A DNA stretch of 64,000 nucleotides from Octopus sinensis. Taxonomy: Eukaryota. Location of the stretch: the NCBI RefSeq assembly GCF_006345805.1, contig NC_043002.1:52080001-52144000 (forward strand). Reading direction: 5' to 3'. This document shows positions 26,978 to 38,778 of this stretch, piece after piece. Made by a program: the position numbers and the translations under genes. Under the pieces are notes generated by a model that was not told where the DNA came from, made no database searches, and saw only the letters and a program-made list of their open reading frames with translations. Each line of letters opens with the position of its first letter. Within the stretch, counting starts at the first letter, position 1.

Positions 26978-28601
26978 CAGTTGCGGCCAAAATGTTCAGA
27001 ACAGCTTTGTTTTCGCCAGAAAAGTAGTTATAAGTTTTTATCAAAGTTGTTTTATATTCTATAATTTTCACAGACAATAAATACAATATTAATTGTTATT
27101 GTCTGAGATTTTAGTGTAATTTGAGAGGATAATACAAAAGTTATGGATGATTTAGTGATTCACTGCAAAACCCATGGCGGCCAGAATGATCAGAACGGTT
27201 GCTTTTACTCCGTGTTTTAGTATATTTAACCGACGAACTCTAATGTTTTGAATTTGTTTATGTGATGGTTCATTTACTAAACATTAGTAAGAATATCTGC
27301 AGTGTACTTTGTTATTATAATGCCACTTACTACGTTACCAATTCGTCAGCAGATTATTAAGCTTCGAAAGAAGGATAATTTAAGTATTGGGTCTATTGCA
27401 AAGATTGTTAACAAGTCAAAAAGTGTTGTTCACGGTATTCTTAAGGTCTTCGATGATTGTGGTTCGTGTGAAGCAAGAAAGTCTACAGGTAGGCCAAGAA
27501 AAACGACCAAGAGAGAAGATCATGCTATGGTAAAGTTGGTTAAAAAGGACAGATTTAAAACTGCTGCTGCTGTTTCTCGGGAAATGAGCATTGTACTGAA
27601 GAAAACTTTATCTCGAAAAACTGTGTCTCGTCGTTTAGTTGAACATAACCTACAAGCAAGAGCACCTGCAATGAAGCCACTGATCAGCTCCAAAAATAAA
27701 AAGTGTCATCTTACCTTTGCAACCGAACATGTGTTGTGGTCTCGAGAAAAATGGCAAACGGTGCATTTCAGTGATGAATCTAAGTTTATGTTATTTGGCT
27801 CAGATGGGAAAATGTACGTTCTTTGAAAAGTAGGTGAAAAATTGTCGCCTAAATGCCTTAAGACTAGTGTTAAATTCAGTGGAGGAAGTGTCATGGTTTG
27901 GGGGATGATATCTGGAGATGGTGTGGGCTCTTTGGTGCGATTACAGGGAAAGTTAAATGCAGGAGTTTATAAACAACTTGTAAAAGATCATGTCTTGCCT
28001 GTGCTGAGAAATTCAACTAAGCGACCACCCATATTCATGCAGGACAATGCCCCATGTCACAAGGCTAAGGTGGTCATGAACTTCCTCAAGGCTGAAAAGG
28101 TTATTATTATGGATTGGCCTGCTCAAAGCCCAGATCTCAATCCTATTGAAAATGTGTGGAATATTCTAGGAGAACGTTCGAAAGCCAGAAATCCCAAAAC
28201 AACCGAGCAATTATGGAATGCCCTTCAGGAAGAATGGAATAAGATCACCTAGCAAGAAATTGAAAATTTAATTTCCTCATGCAGTCGAAGATGTCAAAGT
28301 GTGATTGAAGCTAAAGGGCTTCACACTAAATATTAAATAATTCCAGTATTCTCTGTCATTTTTGATTAATTTGTTATTTTTTCAACCGTTCTGATCATTT
28401 TGGCCGCCATGGGTTTTGCAGTAAATCACTAAATCATCCTTATGTATTATCCTCTCAAATTACACCAAAATCTCAGACAGTAACAATTAATACTGTATTT
28501 ATTGTCTGTGAAAATGATAGAACATAAAACAACTTTGATAAAAACTTATACCTACTTTTCTGGCGAAAACAATGCCGTTCTGAACATTTTGGCTGCAACT
28601 G
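26978..28601 (+). mobile_element. Full-length Tc1-family DNA transposon (1624 bp), long IR-DR terminal repeats, inserted in the (TA)n of a family-A SINE
   Basis: TA|CAGTTGCGGCCAAAATGTTCAGAAC ... GTTCTGAACATTTTGGCTGCAACTG|TA; TIRs about 26978-27201 and 28383-28601 with inner repeats GGCGGCCAGAATGATCAGAAC; SINE halves flank both sides. Confidence 0.95.
27320..28336 (+). pseudogene. Tc1 DD34E transposase (339 codons including stop) with two in-frame nonsense codons
   Basis: ATG 27320; GRPRKT motif, FSDESKF, QDNAPCH...SPDLNPIE (34 residues between D and E), ends TKY*. Stops TGA 27824-27826 and TAG 28250-28252; no frameshift. Confidence 0.93.
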
Positions 28602-29692
28602 TATATATAGCTATGTGTGCTTTTGAATTTGTGTTTTCCCCATTGCTTGACAGTAGGTGTTGGTTTGTGTATGTTCCTCTAACTTAGCAGTTCAGCAAAT
28701 ATAACAAACAGAATAAGTACCAGGCTTTGATAAAAAAAAAAGTATTGGGGTTGATTTGTTTGACTAAACCCATCTAGGCAGTGCCCCAGCATGGCCACAC
28801 TCCAGTGACTGAAACAAATGAAAGATAAAAAAAAGCATACATACGTATATTCTACAGGAAACAAAAGAATCCTCAAACTCAGGATAGCTGTGAAGATAGC
28901 TTTGAAAATTGGATAAATACCCTTTAGAAGACGAGAAAGTGGCCAGTATGCCCCTACCAAGAATGAAAGCTTGTACCTTTCAAATTCCAGCTGAGTGCTT
29001 TGTATTATTAAGTTAATAGGCATTGACAAAATGCTTTTTGGTTTGATATTATATATACATATATATATATATATAATAGCACATACTGTAAAGTGGTTGG
29101 CATTAGAAACCTAGCCAAATCAGACTGAAGCTTGGTGCAGCTCTCTAGCATGACAGCTCTGTTCAAACTGTCCAACCCATGCTAGCATGGAAAACGGACA
29201 TTAGAGGATGATGACGATGATGTATATACATTCATAGGCATGACTCTATGGTAAGAAGGTTGCTCCCCAACCATATGGTTCTGGGCTCAGTCCCACTGTG
29301 TAGCACCTTGGACAAGTGTCTTCTGCTATAGCCTCGGGCAGACCAAAGCCTTGTGAGTTCTTTTGGTAGATGGCATCAGAAAGAAGCCTGTCGTATATAT
29401 GTATATGTTTATGTGTGTGTGTCTTTGTGTCCTCCACCATTGCTTGACAACCGATGTTGGTGTGTTTACATCTCCCTGACTTAGCGGTTTGGCAAAAGAG
29501 ACCAATAGAATAAGTACTAGCCTTACAAAGAATAAGTCCTTTGGGTCGATTTGTTTGACTAAAGGCAGTGCTCCAGCATGGCTGCAGTCAAACAAATAAA
29601 AGAATACACACACACACACACATATTGATAGAAATGGTAAGACCACAAAAGAATGAAAGAGACCTCGATATTATGTAAATAGACGAAGCCAT

Positions 29693-29752
29693 GATAAAAC
29701 TCTGAGTTTCGGATGTCGGGCGGAAACCCACGCCGGCATCTCTTCAGTTATC
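29693..29752 (-). ncRNA. Type I hammerhead ribozyme (minimal, Penelope-like-element type)
   Basis: Minus strand reads GATAA-CTGAAGA-GATGCCGG cgtgggtttccgc CCGACATC-C-GAAA-CTCAGAG-TT-TTATC: stem I GATAA/TTATC, core CUGAnGA and GAAA, stem II with one mismatch, near-palindromic stem III ACTC-A-GAGT, GUU cleavage triplet. Confidence 0.75.
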
Positions 29753-29944
29753 GGGCCATCGAAAAATATGCTATGAAAATGACTGTTAAACAAAGGGAAA
29801 TTACTGTGTGATTGACCGTTATTAAGACAAAAGAGCTATTTGAATGACCGCTAAGTAAGGGGAGGGAGTAAAGGTAAGGGAGTAAAAATGTTCGTAGTAA
29901 TCGCGTAAGTACACATGTCCATATATACACATGTGTATGTATGG

Positions 29945-30190
29945 GCATGTTTTGTGAAAGAAAGATTAGATGTAGTGATTTATGCAAGGCCTGGCATGTT
30001 GGAAACAACAAGGGTGATGAGAGAAGAGGAAGCAGGTAGAATGAGAGTGATTTTTCTGAGAAGCAGAGTCCTTTATGATAGTGGTATAAAAAAGTTGAGA
30101 GAGGAAGCCAGAGGCTGGAGTATATTTCAGAGTGATTATGCCAATCAGTCTAGTGGGTCATTTCTCGATGCAGTTTTGGATGTCAATCGT
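29945..30190 (-). mobile_element. Degenerate LINE ORF2 C-terminal remnant (CR1/L2-like)
   Basis: Minus-strand frames give scattered RLIG, LQPLA, YHYH.G and RPCINHY..SFF.KT pieces resembling LINE ORF2 ends, with stops and frameshifts. Confidence 0.45.
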
Positions 30191-31059
30191 TGTGTACAGG
30201 AGCAGGGACATGATGGTGTAATATGACTTTTGGTTGTTGAGCTCACAGAAGGGATGACGAGTGAGACCAAGACTTACTGTGCTTGAGAGGACATGTCAAA
30301 GTGAAACTGTGGTCATGGCTAGTGCTGGTAAAAGGCACCGGTGTTGGTGACACGTAAAATGTACCTATGTCAGTGATATTTAAAAGACACCCAGTGCACT
30401 CTGTGGAGTGGTTGGCATTAGGAAGGGCATCTAGCCATAGAAATCAACCCAAAACAGAATAGTGCCTGGTGTAGCTCTCCAGGAAAACTGTCTAACTCAT
30501 GCCAGTATGGAATGATGATGATGATAAGGATGATGGTATGCATCTGTCGTAGGTATGACATTAGACTGCATTTGGTGGTGAGAGTTTAGTTTGGGAGTTC
30601 CAGTGTTGTGGGGAATGTGGAATCATCCCTTAATTACCATTACTCTCTAATTTATTCTGAGCCGGAATGGTAGTACCTATAAGTGTCCCATCTATGGGTT
30701 AAATAGATTTCTCAGGCGTAGCAGAAGCTCTTGCTATTTTCGACAAAGTTGTGAGGAAGGTAGTTCTGACATAAAATTTGCAGTCAAAATAGTACCAGTC
30801 TTCTTGCAATACTTGTCACTGGAACCGAATACAGCGACCAAGAGAATGACAAAAGTGGCAAAAGTGTTGTACAAGCTTTTGTCACTTAAATCTAGTGATG
30901 TACAGATGCTTCACTATCATTTCCTTTCTTGGTACGCTTTGTATTTTACAAAGTACTTCGGCAATGTATATATCCATGCAACTGCAATGATGAAAGTAAA
31001 TCACAACAATCAAGCTGAATACAAGACGGCTGTCATCTGATAAAATGAAGTAGTCATCG

Positions 31060-31060
<1 letters not shown>

Positions 31061-31090
<30 letters not shown>

Positions 31091-31180
31091 CATACATACA
31101 TACATACATACAATGCATACATACATACATACATACATGCATGCATACATACATACATACTACATACATACATACATACA

Positions 31181-31210
<30 letters not shown>
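31061..31210. repeat. (TACA)n microsatellite
   Basis: Directly visible; representative of many simple repeats, e.g. (TATC)n ~35170-35287, (TA)n ~52358-52500, (CTT)n ~57461-57549, (ATT)n ~62035-62165. Confidence 0.95.
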
Positions 31211-31211
<1 letters not shown>

Positions 31212-32018
31212 CACATTTATATAATATTATCACAGATAATATTCTATTAGTAGTTATGAATAAAGTATAAACATATTGAATAAATATCTACTAAAACTGT
31301 TAAAAGCCAACACTATCTGAAGGCTTCTCTTTGGTAGGAAATTGTAAGTCATGGTCATGGAAAAGTAGACATGGGTGTGTTGTTAAGAAGCACTTTTCAA
31401 CCACATGGTTTCAGGTTCAATTCCACTGAGCAGTATTTTGGGGAAGTCTTCTATTGCTCTGGGCTGACCAATACCTTATCAGTGAACTTGGTAGATGGAA
31501 ACCTGTTATGTATATATATATATATATATATAATGAGTTTAAAGGGATATATTATTCTGGCGGTTACCGCGTTTCCTCTTAAGTTGATTTCAGATGCTGG
31601 CTAACCGCAATAGTCCTTAAATCTTGGATGTAAGGCTAAATATGTAGTTTACAGGTGAATGTTACCTCAGGAGACAAAGAGTATTTCTGTATAGGTACTA
31701 GTTCACATTTTATCAAAAAAAGAATAACTAACCATGAAAATCTTTTAGATATAGGTACAAAAAGATAACACAAGCCTAAGTAAGTTAATTTGGTTGCTGA
31801 AAGACAGCAGCAAAATATATTCGATAAGCTGGGATATTAGTAAAGCTAAACCTTATAGAATAGGAGGTAAGAGGGGTAACTTTTGCGTAGAAGAAATGTA
31901 CCAAATTTTCACTTCTAAATTTAATCTAATAAACGCATGGAAAGAACGTGTTCTAAGATGCCTTGATACAAGAAAATTTACATTTAAACAATTTAAATAA
32001 ACACATTACATTATTACA

Positions 32019-32758
32019 TCTATATATATAAAAGTGAAGTTGTGTGAGTGTCTGTCTCCTACGATTTAGATTCCTAACTACTCCCACATTTTGCGGTGCA
32101 GTTTAACCAAAACCGGGTATCTTATAGTCGTGATTCATATCGAGCCCTTCTGGGTATTAGCGCGCGTCTACGATGAGTCTACGATTTAAAAAATAATTTA
32201 CCAAAATTTTTTTCCATTTTAAAGCATATTTTTTTGGGTTCTTCCAATTTTTTCGTGTGTCGATGGCGGCGGAGTTGGCGTCCATGCTCACACCTGCACC
32301 TGTGTTGCTTCTCCCCCTTCTTCCCTCCCTCGTGAAGCTGTGGGGAAGGGAGTGTAAGGAAATCAACGTCGTAAAGCGTTGTCAAGGAGACCAGCGTTCT
32401 TTTAGAACAACGACTTCATGGCTTGAAGACACCAAAACAGAAATGGCTAAGAAAGCCCGAAAACAAATTCTACAAAATCGGGAAACACGCCACACAGGGA
32501 AGGTTTCCCGTGCAAAGAATTTGCACAACCGAATGTTTTAGTTGTTGCACAACTTTTACTTAAAAAATATTATCCAAACACAAACTTTTGAAGGCAATAT
32601 TGTATGGCGATGGTACTTGTGAAATATGGTAATGGATTTAGTAGCCAAAAGGAGAGAGCAGAGACATAGTATGGTGGTGGTGGAGGCGGTGGTAGTGGCA
32701 GCGGTGGTGCTGGAGGTCGTGGTCGTGGTGGTCGTCGTGTTTGTGGTGGTGGTGGTGG

Positions 32759-32822
<64 letters not shown>

Positions 32823-33684
32823 GGTGGTGGTGGTGTTGTTGTTGTTGGTGGTAGTGGTCGTGGTGGTGGGGGTGGTGGTGATGGCGATGGTGGTGGTGAT
32901 GGTCATGGGCGTAGTGGTGGTGGTGGTGATGGTGGTAGTGGTGATGGTGTTGGTCGTGGTGGTGGTGGTGGCTGAAGCTGTCGTCTGGGTTCTTCCAATT
33001 TTTTCGTGTGTCGGTGGCGGCGTTGGCGTTCATGCTCGCACCTGCACCTGTGTAGCTCCTCCCCTTCTTCCCTCCCTCGTGAAGCTGTGGGGAAGGCAGG
33101 GTAGGGAAATCAACGTCGTAAAGCTTTGTCAAGGAGACCAGCGTTCTTTTAGAACAACGACTTCATGGCTTGAAGTCGCCAAAACAGAAATCGCTAAAAA
33201 AGCTGAAACAGATCCACAAAAACGGCAAAAACCGCCACACAGGACAGGTTTCCTGTGCAAACAATTTGCACAACCGAATGTTTTAGTTGTTGCACAAATC
33301 TTTATATATAAAAGTGAAGTTGTGTGTCTGTCTCCTACGATTTAGATTCCTAACTACTCCCACATTTTGCGGTGCAGTTTAACCAAAACCGGGTATCTTA
33401 TAGTCGTGATTCATATCGAGCCCTTCTGGGTATTAGCGCGCGTCTACGATGAGTCTACGATTTAAAAAAAATTTACCATCATTTTTTCCATTTTAATGCA
33501 TTTTTTCGCTATTATATAAGGGAAGTAACTCTCTAAAAATGTCTACGATGAGTCACCGATTAAAAAAAAAAATTACCATAATTTTTTATTCCATTTTTAA
33601 TGCATTTTTTGGCTATAACTCTCTAAAAATGCTTATATAGTTATTTCCCTTACAAACCCGAGCAACGCCGGGCGATACTGCTAG
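32019..33684 (+). mobile_element. Composite non-autonomous Helitron
   Basis: 5' TC at 32019 after host A; 3' hairpin CCCGAGCAACGCCGGG (33657-33672) then CTAG (33681-33684) followed by host T; no TSD. The 5' ~190-bp end is repeated at 33299. Confidence 0.88.
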
Positions 33685-34789
33685 TTTTATATAATAATAA
33701 AGGTAATCGTTATAACAATTGAGAAACCAAGAACCAAGCAATAAATCAAGCGTAATAGAAAACCTCTACACTAGGAATATCCTCTTTGAAATGAGTGGAA
33801 TAGTAAACTTTTAATATTAATCAGTCAATCCAATCCTGGCCTATTTTAAGGACCATGTTTCGCTTCACCTACCACATTTAGTAGAGGTGAAGATCCCTAG
33901 GTCAAGATCCCTACAATTAATAATAGTGGCACCCATACCTCCCACAAATCACTATTCATTTAGTTTGTTGATTCCTTCCGTTTTGCTTTGAAACGGCAGA
34001 GGGTAAGGACTCTGATGAAACTGCACCAACCACGATGCTAGGTTGCTTATCAAACAACAAAATGACTGCATCCAAGAATCACATCACCGACAATATCGAC
34101 TGAAGTCTCCAAACAATAACATCAGAACAAAATAATGACCTTCAAAATAATGACCTCCTCTCCCACCCGGAATCACTCAGACACATCGTGTGGTGAAGGT
34201 GACTGAGAAGAAATTAAATTATAATAAGCAATGATCAAGAAAAAATTGGGAGGTTCAATCTGCTAGAAGAAAATCTCCAAACAACAATACACCAATACTG
34301 TCTTCAACAACAATACCAATACTACCAGCCTCATCATCACCATCACAACCACCATTACTACAGACACAACCAATATCACAAAGATCAGTAAACTCACATC
34401 ATACTCGCAAACTAAAAACAACAGCAAAGAAACATTATAAACTTTACTACAATAATACACGAACTATATAGGACTAAGGGAATATATACATCAATATACA
34501 GACATCACCCTGAGCGATTTCACCACACCAATAAACAACACATCAATATACATAAAATCATCGAAATAGCATAAAACATATATAACGTAATAAAAAAATA
34601 AATATCCCAACGGAATAGGAGACTTTAGAGGGAACACCAGCAACATACGTTATAAGGAACTGCTTGTGGAAACATCTACATCTAACCAGAGGGACAGAAC
34701 ATCTTCCCACTCTCTCCTTCAGAATAGGCAGTGTAAATGCACATGGACTGGAGTTGCTCAAAGGGCCAGAGTGATAGAGGCGCAATGTA

Positions 34790-35050
34790 GCCACAAAGCC
34801 ATAATTCGGTCTCTGACGGCTACGCTTGGCGTGCGTTACTCTATCTCGAGAAAATGTGTGCGGCTTTACAGTTACACTTCGTTTGACTGATTAATATGGG
34901 TGGCTGGACGGATTACAGAATGGTTTTCAGTGCCTACCTCGACGGCCTACTGCGCCTCGGTGTGAGAAGTGGAATGTTGTGAAAAGCCAAGAATAGCCGC
35001 GGAAATACGGGAAGCGATGATTGGCTGCACGGGGTGGGTGGGGAATTGTT
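34790..35050. promoter_or_regulatory. CpG-rich promoter-like patch
   Basis: Non-repetitive GC/CpG-enriched stretch with TCTCGAGA, ACTGCGCC, GCGGAAAT, ACGGGAAG, a reverse CCAAT box (ATTGG) and a GGGGTGGG box. Confidence 0.35.
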
Positions 35051-35189
35051 AAGTTTGGATGGTTTGCCCTTCGAGCTTTACTCTTAGATCTTGGAGATCT
35101 CTTAGCAAACCTTTACTGTAACTGACAGCATAACGAAAGAATTCTCAGTGATTCGAGGAGCGGTGGTAGTGTTGAGGAAAGGACCCAAC

Positions 35190-35288
<99 letters not shown>

Positions 35289-36229
35289 GTTCCTTTTCTT
35301 CGTTTTAGCCATGTGGTTGCGGTCATGACGGAGCACTACCATGATTTTGTACCTTTTCCTTATGTTTCTTATTTGACTGATTTCAGGGTAGTGAGATTTC
35401 ATATCACCAATCCTCCATGTACTTTTGCCCTGCTTGTTAGCTCATTTGCTGTATGAGGGAATTTGATTAGTATTTTCACTAAAAGTGAAAATAAATAGGT
35501 CCTTGAATATTTGAATTTAAGCATTTAAGTAAAATTAAAGAATATTAAAGGGCATAATATTACTATTTTAGTTTTTAAAATTCTAACTTTAGCAACAATG
35601 TTTTTAGTTTTCTTCTTCATGTTCTGTATTTTGCAGTTCCAGTACATACGAATATTATAGCACTCGCATTCTGTGCTCGTATTTTTTCATTCTGTTACTG
35701 CTTGTTCTGTACTTTTCCAGGATCAATACTTAAGAATATACTATGATTCTGAACCCGCATTTTACTTTCTAGTAAAAGACACGTTCGACGAATTTTAATG
35801 AAAGTAAGATATTGTTATTGTTATATTTCGGAACGGTCATTTTTTTCTTGCCAAATTAACATACGCACTATATATTCGTCCTTCACTTGTTTATTACCTT
35901 CATATTTTATGTCCATTCTCAGGAAACTTTTCGTCGACATGAAATAAGAACAGTAATAAACAACTACTTGTGTTTATTTGGCAAGAAAAAAAAATGACCA
36001 GCCCTAAATATAAAAATATCTGTTTCAATACACGATTTATCATCAGAAATCATGCAACACAAATTCGTTAACGTAAGATATTGTGTTTTGAGCCTTACAC
36101 GTATTCAAATGCAAGGGAAATAACTCCAGCATGCTATATTTTATTTACATGGCAGTTATTTCCCTTTATTTTGGGGGTATTTCCAGCCAACATTTTAATA
36201 TAATTCTCTCCTGTATTTGGTATTTTCTT

Positions 36230-36636
36230 TTTTCTTTTATTCTTTTACTTGTTTCAGTCATTTGACTGCGGCCATGCTGGAGCACCGCCTTTAATCGAGC
36301 AACTCGACCCTGGGACTTAATCTTTTGTAAGCCCAGTGCTTATTCTATCGGTCTCTTTTGCCGAATCGCTAAGTAACGGCGACATAAACACACCAGCATC
36401 GGTTGTCAAGCAATGCTAGGGGGACAAACACAGACACATACACGCATATATATATATATATATATATATATACAACGGGCTTCTTTCAGTTTCCGTCTAC
36501 CAAATCCACTCACAAGGCTTTGGTCGGCCCGAGGCTATTAGCAGAAAACACTTGCCCAAGGTGCCACGCAGTGGGACTGAAGCCGGAACCATGTGGTTAG
36601 TAAACAAGCTACTTACCACACAGCCACTCCTGCGCC
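36230..36636 (-). mobile_element. Near-intact family-A SINE
   Basis: Full reverse complement of the family-A pattern from GGCGCAGGAGTGGCTG to the CCAGCATGGCCGCAGTCAAATGACTGAAACAAGTAAAAG tail; CpGs retained. Confidence 0.88.
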
Positions 36637-37231
36637 TGTGCAAGTCTCCCATCTTTCATATGAAACAAATGGGTTAAAAACCCCAGAAATCTCCGAAACG
36701 CACACAGACTCACAGACGCGAGCGCGCACACATCTATTTATCTTGCTACCTACCAACCTTCCTACTTACATAAATGCATACATACATACGTGCGTGTGTT
36801 TATGTGTAGGAACAAAAGCAGTTCGCATGCATGTAATCAAATTTAAATATGGCTGCGTAGTTAAGAAGCACACTTTGTAGTCCTGTGGTTTTAGGTTCAG
36901 TCCCATAGTGTAGCACCTTGGGTAAGTGTTTTCTCTTATCGCCCAGAGTCAACCAACGCATAGACAGTGAATTTGGTAGACGGAAGCTGTGTGAAAGTCC
37001 ATCGCGTGTTTGTGTTTGCCTCTTCACCACCTAACGATTGGCGTTAGTTTGTTTCCGTCCCCGTAAACTAGCGGTTCGGCAGAAGAGACCGATAGAATAA
37101 GTACCAAAGAATAAACCCTCCAAAGCAGTATTTCAGCATGACCGCAGTCCGATGATTGAAACAAGTACAGGGTAAAAACGGCAAAGATACACATACACAC
37201 ACACACACACACACCACACACACACACACAC

Positions 37232-37780
37232 ACGCACGCACACACATACACAGCACGCACGCACGCACGCTTGCACGCACGCACGCACGCTTGCACGCAC
37301 GCACGCACGCTTGCACGCACGCACGCTTGCACGCACGCACGCTTGCACGCACGCACGCTTGCACGCACGCACGCACGCTTGCACGCACGCACGCACGATT
37401 GCACGCACGCACGCACGCTTGCACGCACGCACGCACGCTTGCACGCACGCACGCTTGCACGCACGCACGCACGCTTGCACGTACGCACGCACGCTTGCAC
37501 GCACGCACGCACGCACGCTTGCACGCACGCAGGCTTGCACGCACGCACGCACGCTTGCACGCACGCACGTTTGCACGCACGCACGCACGCACGCTTGCAC
37601 GCACGCACGCACGCACGCACGCTTGCAAGCACGCACGCTTGACCGCACGCACGCTTGCACGCACGCTTGCACGCACGCTTGCACGCACGCTTGCACGCAC
37701 GCACGCTTGCACGCACGCTTGCACGCACGCACGCACGCTTGCACGCACGCACGTTTGCACGTAAGCACGCACGCACATAC
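37232..37780. repeat. Compound (GCAC)n/GCTT tetranucleotide array
   Basis: Runs of GCAC interrupted by GCTT; source of the spurious CVRA/HART ORFs. Confidence 0.95.
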
Positions 37781-37821
37781 GCGCACACGCATAGACGCGC
37801 GCAAATACATATGTACGTACA

Positions 37822-37870
<49 letters not shown>

Positions 37871-37875
37871 GTATA

Positions 37876-37993
<118 letters not shown>

Positions 37994-38026
37994 AAGCAAA
38001 ATAGCTAGTTATAAAATCTCAAGCGC

Positions 38027-38264
38027 AGAGATAGAGTAGCAACGTATACTAAACAATAAAGCCAGTCGCCGCAGCAAAGTGGTTGTTGAATGTTACTACC
38101 AGTTTAACCCCAGGTAGATTCTCTGTTTGGTTTATCTTCAGAGTGTTGCACCGATAACCAGCTGATTGACAATCTGCCTGGGGTTAAACTAGTAGTAACA
38201 TTCCACATCCACTTTGATGTGGCCACTGGTTTTACTGTTTAATATACGTTACAACTCTATCTCT
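38027..38264. repeat. Foldback inverted repeat (MITE-like), ~94-bp arms
   Basis: 38027-38120 (AGAGATAGAG...GTTTAACCCCAGGTAGATT) is the diverged reverse complement of 38171-38264 (AATCTGCCTGGGGTTAAAC...CTCTATCTCT). Confidence 0.8.
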
Positions 38265-38725
38265 TATTTATAGAGTTGTAACTCTATCAATAAGATTATT
38301 GATTAATAAGATTATTGTAGCTAGTTTGATTGTTGCAAATCAGTGACCGATGGCCACTTTGTTTACAGTGACCGATGGCCTCTTTGTTGGCTGGTTATCA
38401 CTCTGGTGCGACTGGCTTTACTGTTTATATATTCTTTTATTTGTTTCAGTCTTTGATTGCAGCCATGCTAGAGCCCCGTAAACTAGCGGTTCGACCGATA
38501 GAAAAGACCGATAAAATAAGTGCCAAATTTAAGAAAAAACCCTTCAAACCGGTATTTCAGTATGGCAGCAAGTCGTGGGGGTCGATTTGTTCGACTAAAG
38601 GCGGCGGTGCTCTAGCATGGCTGGAGTCGTCACACACACATATATATATTTTCGACAGTTAATGGTTATGGCCTGTCATAGAGTAATCATTGGTTTCGTA
38701 CCTATAAAGCGCAGGTGCGAATCCA

Positions 38726-38778
<53 letters not shown>

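Noticed and set aside
32556-33345. Poly-V/L, poly-H/Q and poly-T/N ORFs
   Set aside because: Trinucleotide microsatellite inside the Helitron; open frames are a by-product.
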